Positions 16,099 to 23,024 of a stretch of DNA of 24,000 nt are shown in pieces (position 1 is the stretch's first letter; the number at the start of each line of letters is the position of its first letter). The notes under the pieces were generated by a model that had not been told where the DNA came from, did not search any database, and saw nothing but the letters and a program-made list of their open reading frames with translations. The position numbers were made by a program, and so were the translations under genes. The stretch lies in contig NZ_JYNO01000004.1 of the NCBI RefSeq assembly GCF_000934745.1, positions 262,035 through 286,034 on the forward strand, in the 5' to 3' direction. The stretch comes from Desulfonatronum thioautotrophicum. GTDB taxonomy: Bacteria > Desulfobacterota > Desulfovibrionia > Desulfovibrionales > Desulfonatronaceae.

Positions 16099-16230
16099 GG
16101 ATGGAATGCGCTGGCGTTTCGTTGTCTGTGGGGGGCTGGGGGGGAGTGGGTGCGGCGCTGGGTGCTATTCCACGCGAAGCGCTCGTCCTCTCCGGCCTTT
16201 CATCAAGAATTCCATGGAGGAGTGATTTGC

Positions 16231-16998
16231 ATGTCTGCAATCGATGACCAGGTTGACCTGGCCGGGCTTCAGCCCGCGCGGATCTTTGATGGCGGCGATC
16301 TGGACTGCGGGTCCGGGTTGATTCTCCTGATCCGGGAAAACATGCTCCAGACAGGGGTTGGGGAGATTCTGGAAATGCGCAGTCGGGAGCCCACGGTCAA
16401 CGACGACCTGCCGCCCTGGTGCCGGATGGCCGGGCACGTGTATCTGGGCCGTTTGGAGGGACCGGGATATGCCCGCTATTTCCTGCGCCGGGGGGAGCCC
16501 AAGGCTGATCAGCCCACTCCTTCCGACGACCAGGCTTTGGCCGAGGACAAGAAAAAGGCCACTGAGTACGAGTGGCGGATGCGGATTCGGTCCACGGGCA
16601 ACCTGAAGAGTACGGTCTATTGTCGGAACTTTTCCTGGGACTTGGGGCAGCCGGCCAGCTTCAAGGACAAGGATGCCCACCCCTGCGCCGTGGAAGCCTT
16701 GCTGGGTGCCCTGGGTGGGGCGTTGAGCAGCGGTTTTGCCACGGATTGCGCCCGGGAGGGGCTGGAGGTGGATGATGTGGAGATCACGGTCCGCGGCAGG
16801 CTGCGCAACATTCTGGCGCACATGGGCCTGGAAGAGGGTGATCCGTCTTTCGCGGGCATTGAGGTGAAATGCTTCGCTTCGACCATGGACGACGAAGCCA
16901 AGGTTCGTGCGGTCTGGAGCCAAACCGTGGCCCGCTCGCCCATTGCGGCCACGCTGGCCAAGGCGGTAGATTTGAACATCAAATTCGCGGTGGTGTGA
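16231..16998 (+). CDS. TusA-like / OsmC-like fusion protein
   Basis: ATG at 16231, after GGAGGAG. The N-terminal module (FDGGDLDCGSGLILLIRENMLQTGVGEILEMRSREPTVNDDLPPWCRMAG) is paralogous to the gene at 15344. The C-terminal 150 aa have the OsmC/Ohr-fold pattern (HPCAVEALLGALGGALSSGF ... VARSPIAATL). Confidence 0.7.
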   Translation: MSAIDDQVDLAGLQPARIFDGGDLDCGSGLILLIRENMLQTGVGEILEMRSREPTVNDDLPPWCRMAGHVYLGRLEGPGYARYFLRRGEPKADQPTPSDDQALAEDKKKATEYEWRMRIRSTGNLKSTVYCRNFSWDLGQPASFKDKDAHPCAVEALLGALGGALSSGFATDCAREGLEVDDVEITVRGRLRNILAHMGLEEGDPSFAGIEVKCFASTMDDEAKVRAVWSQTVARSPIAATLAKAVDLNIKFAVV

Positions 16999-17000
16999 TC

Positions 17001-18188
17001 ATGTTTACGACAACCCAGGTCGGCAGCTGGCCCCGGTCCCAAACCATGCTCAAGGCCTTGCGCGACCGTCGCCTGGAGCGGATGTCCCAGGCCGAGTTCA
17101 ACGCCGTGGCCGACGAGGAGGTCCGACGTACCGTGCGCATCCAGGAGGAGGCCGGCCTGGACATTGTGGTGGACGGTGAACATCGCCGGGATAACTTCTA
17201 CTCCTTTATCACGGAAAAGGTGTCCGGAACCAGGCTGATGAGTCTGGCCGAGATGCTGGACGAGGTGGAGGACAAGTCCGGGTTCGAGGAGTTGTTGAGT
17301 ACGCTGGACGTACCGGCCTCGGCCATCCGCAACCCCACCTGCGTGGGGCGGCTGGAGCGGCGCGAGCCCCTGGCCGTGGATGATTTGCGGTTCGTGAAGC
17401 AGCTTACGGACAAGCCGGTGAAGATCACCCTGCCCGGGCCCTACCTGCTCAGCCGGTCCATGTGGGTACCCAATTATACCAAGAGCGCCTACCGCGACCA
17501 AGGCGAGCTGGGCGACGACGTTGTGCGCATCCTGAGGGACGAACTGCTGGAACTGGCCGAGGCCGGTTGTGAATTCGTGCAGTTCGACGAGCCGGTGCTC
17601 ACGGAAGTGGTCATGTCCGCGGAGTGCGGCCGGCGAACCTTCATGTGAGCGACTCTGGCCACCCGCCGGGATGTGGGTGTTGAACTGGAGTACGCCGCGG
17701 AACTGATCAATCGGGTCATCGACGGCATTGCCGCCCCGCCAAGGGGACCGCGCATCGGTCTGCATATTTGCCGGGGCAACTGGAGCACCCGGGAGGATGT
17801 CCTGCTTACCGGAGATTATACCCCCTTGCTGCCGGCCTTGACCCGGATGCGGGTGCATCAATTCGTGTTGGAATATGCCACGCCGCGGGCCGGAGAGATC
17901 GCCGTGGTCGGGGAAGCCCTGTCCGGGGCCGTTCCCGGGACGGACCGCCCGCGGGAACTGGGTCTGGGCGTGGTCAACCCCCGGACCACGGAAGCCGAAT
18001 CCCCCGAGGAGATCGTGGCCAAGGCCGAGCTGGCCCTGCGCCACTACCGCCCGGAACAAGTGTTCCTGAACACGGATTGCGGCTTCGGCTGCTTCGCCAA
18101 CCGCTGCGTGAACGTGGAGGAGGTGGCCACGGACAAGATCCGGAACATTGTTCTGGCGGCCAGGATGCTCCGGGAGCGGCATGGCTGA
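17001..18188 (+). CDS. MetE-like (cobalamin-independent methionine synthase catalytic-domain family) Zn methyltransferase with in-frame TGA at 17646-17648 (candidate Sec216; alternatively a pseudogene)
   Basis: Two same-frame ORFs (..17648 and 17673..) are separated only by the TGA and 8 sense codons. Upstream of the TGA are the motifs GSWPR, VVDGEHRR and VQFDEPVL. Downstream are Zn-site-like LHICRGN, LEYATP and NTDCGFG. The start ATG at 17001 lies 2 nt after the preceding stop. Confidence 0.6.
17652..17691 (+). promoter_or_regulatory. SECIS-like bipartite RNA hairpin immediately 3' of the in-frame UGA
   Basis: Lower stem 17652-17658 pairs with 17685-17691 (7 bp including 2 G-U). There is an asymmetric internal loop. 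Upper stem 17660-17666 pairs with 17673-17679 (7 bp including 1 G-U). The apical loop is CGGGAU. The hairpin starts 4 nt after the UGA and the loop starts 18 nt after it. Confidence 0.4.
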
Positions 18189-19377
18189 ACCGTTTCCGCG
18201 GCGGCCTGAGCTGGAGCGGACGGCACGGGAGGTCAATGCCGGATGTACCGGTTGCCGGATCTGTGTCCGCCAGTGCGCCTTTCTGAAAATGAATGCGCCT
18301 CCCGGGCGGATAGCCCAGGCCCTGCTGACCGGGGCCGGTCGAACCGACCCGTTTGCCTGCAGTCTGTGCGGCCTGTGCGGGGCGCTTTGTCCGGAAATGG
18401 TCAAACCCGGAAATATGTTCCTGGAAATGCGCCGAGAAGCGGTGGACCAAGGCCGTGTGGACTGGAAACGGTACAAGGCGATTCTGAATTATGAACGGCG
18501 CGGGCATTCCGCGCTATTCAGCTGGTATCCAACCAGGTCGAGCAAAAACGTCTTTTTCCCCGGCTGCACCCTGCCGGGGACTCGGCCGCGGATCACCTGG
18601 CAGTTTTTCGAGGCATTGCGATCCCTGTATCCGGACATGGCCATGGTCCTGGATTGCTGCCACAAGCCGTCCCATGATCTGGGGCGGCAGTCCTTTTTTC
18701 TTGAACGGTTTCAGGGCATCCAAGACCGCCTGCTGGCCCTGGGCGTAAAGCGGCTCTTCGTGGCCTGTCCCAACTGCCATAAAGTTTTCAAGCAATACGG
18801 AGGCGGGCAGGAGGTCGTCACCGTCTATGAGGCCCTGGCCCAAGGCCGGTATCACGTCCAGGGCCAGGAAGCGGTGCACCAGGATTTCGCAATCTCTCCG
18901 GATACATCCGTGCAGGTCGCCATCCATGATCCGTGCCCGTTACGGGACGAGCCGAAAACCCATGAGGCCGTTCGAGCCCTGCTCTCCACCCGCGGGTTTG
19001 CCCTTCGCGAAATGAAGAACAGCCGGACCCGCACCCTGTGCTGCGGCGAGGGAGGGTCCGTCGGCTTCCACACCCCGGCCCTGGCCACGACCTGGGCCAA
19101 AAAGCGGCGCGCCCAGAGCCAGGTCAGGGGCCAGTCCCAGGGCCATAGTCGGGATCAGTCCCAAGGCCAGAACCGTTCCCAGGCCCAGGCCGACCGGGTT
19201 GTCACCTACTGCGCCGGTTGCACCGCCTGCCTCAATCGCTTCATGCCCACCAGCCATCTGGGTGATCTGCTTTTTGATCCGAATAGCACCCTGGCCGGAA
19301 AGAACAGACCAGCCAAGGCTCCCATCACCTATCTAAACCGGTTGCTGTTCAAGCGGCGGCTGAAAAGATTTTCCTGA
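18181..19377 (+). CDS. HdrD/GlpC-like Fe-S oxidoreductase (2 x [4Fe-4S] ferredoxin motifs plus 2 x CCG domains)
   Basis: Ferredoxin-type motifs CTGCRICVRQC and CSLCGLCGALCP are present. CCG-type motifs are present (FFPGCTLPG, LDCCHKP, CPNCHKVF; IHDPCPLRD, LCCGEGGS, YCAGCTACL). The ATG at 18181 overlaps the MetE-like stop (ATGGCTGA). Contains an SQ/GQ-rich insertion. Confidence 0.85.
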   Translation: MAEPFPRRPELERTAREVNAGCTGCRICVRQCAFLKMNAPPGRIAQALLTGAGRTDPFACSLCGLCGALCPEMVKPGNMFLEMRREAVDQGRVDWKRYKAILNYERRGHSALFSWYPTRSSKNVFFPGCTLPGTRPRITWQFFEALRSLYPDMAMVLDCCHKPSHDLGRQSFFLERFQGIQDRLLALGVKRLFVACPNCHKVFKQYGGGQEVVTVYEALAQGRYHVQGQEAVHQDFAISPDTSVQVAIHDPCPLRDEPKTHEAVRALLSTRGFALREMKNSRTRTLCCGEGGSVGFHTPALATTWAKKRRAQSQVRGQSQGHSRDQSQGQNRSQAQADRVVTYCAGCTACLNRFMPTSHLGDLLFDPNSTLAGKNRPAKAPITYLNRLLFKRRLKRFS

Positions 19378-19655
19378 ACAGGCATTTCTTCTCTGCAACC
19401 CTGGGGTACCGCGGACGGAACCACCACGTTCCGCTCTCTAACAGAACAAAATACTTATCATACTCTATTTTTACCCAAAGTTTTCAGAATCAACTTATCG
19501 GTATTTTCTATTGTTTGGCGCGTAAAGAATATATCCTGCCTATTTGATTTTATTTTCTGGTTGCTGCTACTAGACCCAAACTCAAATTAACCTCAAGGCT
19601 CAACGGTTCATGGTGGACCGCCGCGGGCCAAGAGGTCCATCACAAGGAGAGCAGC

Positions 19656-20201
19656 ATGCTGAAGAATCAAGCGCAGGTACAGTTGGAAAACACGAAAAAT
19701 CCGAGCGAACAGGACCAATCCAAGGAGTCGGCCATGACCCGCGGCGATTTTCTCAAGCTTGCCGGGGCCGGGGGGTTGGGAATGGCGGCCATGATGGGCA
19801 TGAGCAGTCCGGTCATGGCCGGAGAGGGCAAGAAAGGCAAATACCTTTTCGTCGTCAGTGCCGGTTCCAAGGATCCGGACAAGGCCATGCTGGCCTTGCT
19901 GCTGGCTGACGTGGTGCAGAAGCAGGAACTGGGAGACGTGCACATCTATCTGTGGGGTGACGGGGCGGAACTCTCCAAGATCGGACGCCCGGAACGCATT
20001 ACTTCGGCCAGTTTTCACCGACTGGGCAATGCGCTTGGCATGCTGGAACGGCTGCAGCGCAACGGGGCGCAGATTGGAGTGTGTCCGCCCTGCGCGGAGT
20101 GGGTCGGGGCCGTGGACGATCAGAAGTATGAGTGGGCGAACAGAGAAGACGGTGGTGTGCTCTTGCGCAGCATGCAGGAATCCTGGACAGCCTGGCTCTA
20201 G
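19656..20201 (+). CDS. Exported DsrE-like protein with CPPC motif and degenerate Tat-like signal
   Basis: Signal region MTRGDFLKLAGAGGLGMAAMMGMSSPVMA-GE, followed by a DsrE-fold pattern (KYLFVVSAGSKDP..HIYLWGDGA..IGVCPPCAEW). Both ATG 19656 and ATG 19734 have AAGGAG-type RBSs, so the start is uncertain. Confidence 0.7.
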   Translation: MLKNQAQVQLENTKNPSEQDQSKESAMTRGDFLKLAGAGGLGMAAMMGMSSPVMAGEGKKGKYLFVVSAGSKDPDKAMLALLLADVVQKQELGDVHIYLWGDGAELSKIGRPERITSASFHRLGNALGMLERLQRNGAQIGVCPPCAEWVGAVDDQKYEWANREDGGVLLRSMQESWTAWL

Positions 20202-20270
20202 CTTTTCCGGCTGTATACGGTGATTCGTTCGTCTTGAACCGCTTTATTTCAGAAAAACATGGAGATGCAT

Positions 20271-20588
20271 ATGCGACTGATCAAATCGATTCTGCTCACA
20301 ATATTGACCCTTTTCGTTCTCTCCACGGCGCTGCCATTGGCCGCGACGGCGGAGAAGACCCCGGAGGTCAATACTCGGGGTGCCTGCCTGAACGTCAGGG
20401 AGTTTGTGGCCCTGATCCAGCATGAAAGCCGGCGCATGGAAAGCGGCAACATCCTGCGGCTGATCGCCGACATTCCCAACGAGGTCGAGGCCCGGGAAGC
20501 CATTGAGACCGTCGGTTATCCCATCATGGAAGAGACTCGGGACGATGATCGTGACTTTATAAACTTTCTGCTTGAGGTCCGGAAATGA
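20271..20588 (+). CDS. Small exported hypothetical protein (single Cys)
   Basis: The ATG at 20271 lies 6 nt after GGAG. Signal peptide MRLIKSILLTILTLFVLSTALPLAATA-EK. The stop overlaps the next start (ATGA at 20585-20588). I recognise no family. Confidence 0.55.
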   Translation: MRLIKSILLTILTLFVLSTALPLAATAEKTPEVNTRGACLNVREFVALIQHESRRMESGNILRLIADIPNEVEAREAIETVGYPIMEETRDDDRDFINFLLEVRK

Positions 20589-22312
20589 GCCGAGCATGGC
20601 AAGCGGTGCGTCCGCTGCTGTTGCCTCTTTTGGTGTTCATCGTCGTGTTCGTCGGGCATATGCTTTTCTATAAGATTGTATCCCAGAATTCTAGCCCGAT
20701 CTGGTGGCGACTGTATGTTCTGACCCAGACCTACATGATCAGCTTTTCCCTGGCCCTGGCCTTTGCTTTTGGAGCCTACGCCCTGGGCAAGGCCAGAGGT
20801 CAGTCAGGAAAGGCGGTGGCCGGCAGCGCGGGAGTCGCACTGCTGGTCTGGTTCACCAGCGCCTGTGGCGCGCCGCTGATCGCCGTGGGCCTCGGGTTGG
20901 TGGGCGTCGGTTTTGGGTCTGAGGCTCTGCCGCCCTGGGTTACAGCGGTGCTGACCATCTGCTTCATTTCCTTTGGAGTTTATTGGCTGCATCGCAAAGG
21001 GGGGGCCTGTGCCACGGCCTGCGCGGCCAAGGCTGGGGAGAATGCCGGTTTATTCCGTGAAATCGGGGTGGACCTGGACAAGTTCGGCGCGCAGCAATGC
21101 GTCACCGGCGAACTCTATGAGCGGACCTTCGCGGCCCAGCAAAATCGCCCGGCGGGCATGGCCTACTTCGATGAAATGGCCGGAGACATCTACGGTGCCC
21201 GGATGCGCGAGATTATCGCGGCCAAGAAGGAAGGCCGCGTCGTGGTGGGCAACTTTTGTGTTTTCGTCCCCGAAGAACTCACCCTGGCCGTAGACGGCAT
21301 CTCCGTGGGCCTGTGCGCGGGCTCTCAAGCTCCGGTTTCGGATGCGGAAAAGGTTCTGCCTCGAAACATCTGTCCCCTGGTCAAGTCAGCGTATGGCTAC
21401 GCCCTGACCAAGTCATCGCCCTATTTTCAGGTTGTGGATTTTGTCTGTGGTGAAACAACCTGCGACGCGAAGAAGAAGACCTGGGAGCTGATGGACCGGG
21501 AGATCCCCACCCATGTAATGGAAATTCCCCAGATGAAACGGGAGCGGGATCGTGATCTCTGGCTGGCGGAGGTCAAGGAGTTCAAGGCCAAGCTGGAACA
21601 GCAAAGCGGCAAGACCATTACACCCGAGGCTCTGTCCAAGGCCGTGGCGGTAATGGACGCCAAGCGAGGCTCCCTGCAACGCCTCAATGCCCTGCGTCAC
21701 CACCGTCCCTCCCCCATCAGCGGCCGGGACGCCTTGTTGGTGGAACAGATCGCCTTTTACGACGATCCGGTCCGGTTTACGGAAAAGGTCAACGTGCTTT
21801 GCGACGAACTGGACAAGCGGGTTCAGGACGGCGTCTTCGCCGCACCGTCCCAGTCTCGGCGGATCATGATTTCCGGTTCACCCATGGCCCTGCCCAATTG
21901 GAAGGTGCACAATATCGTGGAGGGTGCCGGGGCCGTGGTGGTCAACGAGGAGTCCTGTGTCGGCACCCGGTACTTCAGCCAGAATGTCGCCCAGAGCGAT
22001 GAGGACATGGATAGTATGTTGTTGGCTCTGACCGAGCGGTACATGCAGATAAATTGCGCCTGCTTCACGCCCAATGAGGGGCGAATCGAGCAGATCATCC
22101 GAGAGTACCGCGACTCCAGAGCGGACGGGCTGATTCATTACAGCCTGCAATTCTGTCACACCTATCTGATCGAGGCAGTGCGGATCAAGGAGGCCTGCGC
22201 CAAGGAGAGCATCCCTTTTCTGGCCGTGGAAACGGATTATTCCACCGAGGACACGGGTCAGTTGCAAACCAGGATCGAAGCGTTCCTGGAACAGATTGGA
22301 GGTCAACGATGA
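20585..22312 (+). CDS. Membrane-anchored HgdB/BcrC/BadD-family (2-hydroxyacyl-CoA dehydratase D-component / double-cubane-cluster-type) protein
   Basis: 575 aa. Residues 1-140 form four predicted TM helices: basic N-terminus, KARGQSGK loop, HRKGG after TM4. The remainder carries the HGD-D family Cys pattern (GNFCVFVPEE, GLCAGSQ, NICPLVKS, FVCGETTCDAKKK, EESCVGTR, INCACF, LQFCHTY). Confidence 0.85.
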   Translation: MSRAWQAVRPLLLPLLVFIVVFVGHMLFYKIVSQNSSPIWWRLYVLTQTYMISFSLALAFAFGAYALGKARGQSGKAVAGSAGVALLVWFTSACGAPLIAVGLGLVGVGFGSEALPPWVTAVLTICFISFGVYWLHRKGGACATACAAKAGENAGLFREIGVDLDKFGAQQCVTGELYERTFAAQQNRPAGMAYFDEMAGDIYGARMREIIAAKKEGRVVVGNFCVFVPEELTLAVDGISVGLCAGSQAPVSDAEKVLPRNICPLVKSAYGYALTKSSPYFQVVDFVCGETTCDAKKKTWELMDREIPTHVMEIPQMKRERDRDLWLAEVKEFKAKLEQQSGKTITPEALSKAVAVMDAKRGSLQRLNALRHHRPSPISGRDALLVEQIAFYDDPVRFTEKVNVLCDELDKRVQDGVFAAPSQSRRIMISGSPMALPNWKVHNIVEGAGAVVVNEESCVGTRYFSQNVAQSDEDMDSMLLALTERYMQINCACFTPNEGRIEQIIREYRDSRADGLIHYSLQFCHTYLIEAVRIKEACAKESIPFLAVETDYSTEDTGQLQTRIEAFLEQIGGQR

Positions 22313-22866
22313 AGGTGAAGCATCTTGCAATATTGGCGGCTCTGACCATGCTTTTGGGAGCCGGAGCCTCTCCGGCTTTCTCCGGCCAGAGCAACTCGCC
22401 TTTTCCGGTGGCCGACGGCTGCCTGACGGATGAGGATCTTCTTCCGGACGACAGCGTGGCCCTGGAGGGAGTTGAGATCGGCCGGATATTCTGGGACGTG
22501 ACCATCGCCGACCCCAGCCTGCTGGCCGGACGTCTCGGCGTGATTGATCAGACCTACCGGGACATGGTCCGCCAAGGAGTGACACCGGAAATGGTCCTGG
22601 CCTTTCGAGGCGGGTCAGTCCGTCTGTTGGTTGCCGACCATAGCAGGCTGCCTGAAGAAACTCGTGAAGGCGCCCAAAGCGTCCAGCAGCGGCTTGAACG
22701 GTTGATGGAACTGCCTGGAGTACGGCTGGAAGCCTGTTATATCGCCATGCGCCGTGTTCCCCTGGAACCGCAAAACCTGATGCCAGGGCTGCACACCGTG
22801 AACAATACCTTCCTCTCGGCCATGGGGTACGGCCAGAGGGGGTTCATCTCCATTCCCATTCACTAA
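22309..22866 (+). CDS. Exported DsrE-related protein (COG1416-like)
   Basis: Signal peptide MKVKHLAILAALTMLLGAGASPAFS-GQ. The mature part fits the COG1416 pattern (IFWDVT..; VRLEACYIAMRR; TFLSAMGYGQRGFISIP). Its start overlaps the upstream stop (ATGA). Confidence 0.6.
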   Translation: MKVKHLAILAALTMLLGAGASPAFSGQSNSPFPVADGCLTDEDLLPDDSVALEGVEIGRIFWDVTIADPSLLAGRLGVIDQTYRDMVRQGVTPEMVLAFRGGSVRLLVADHSRLPEETREGAQSVQQRLERLMELPGVRLEACYIAMRRVPLEPQNLMPGLHTVNNTFLSAMGYGQRGFISIPIH

Positions 22867-23024
22867 CTGTTGGGGAATATTGGCCCACCAACTCGAACAC
22901 CGTGACCACGGGGCGGTCGCCAGATAGTATGGATCGCCCCGTTTTCATGGAGATGTTTTTCAGCATTCACCCTCCATTTCTGTTCAATAACCGAGAAAAT
23001 CATGAACGAGCAAAAGGCGTCCAG

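Noticed and set aside
15949-16230. N-terminal extension of the TusA-OsmC ORF (349-aa version) through the heptamer repeats
   Set aside because: The extension begins inside the DsrE-like gene and runs through a 7-nt-period repeat that cannot encode a periodic protein. A strong GGAGGAG RBS precedes the internal ATG at 16231.
17673-18188. Independent 171-aa gene starting at GTG, with 17001-17648 as a separate 215-aa gene
   Set aside because: Each piece would be only half of a MetE-type barrel, with the substrate-binding and Zn-binding motifs split between them. The pieces share a frame and the gap is only 8 sense codons. A pseudogene cannot be excluded, but a split functional pair seems unlikely.
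16617-18476. 619-aa minus-strand ORF
   Set aside because: It is antisense to the TusA-OsmC, MetE-like and HdrD-like genes. It has the same low-complexity Arg/Gly/Pro/His character, with no motifs and no RBS.
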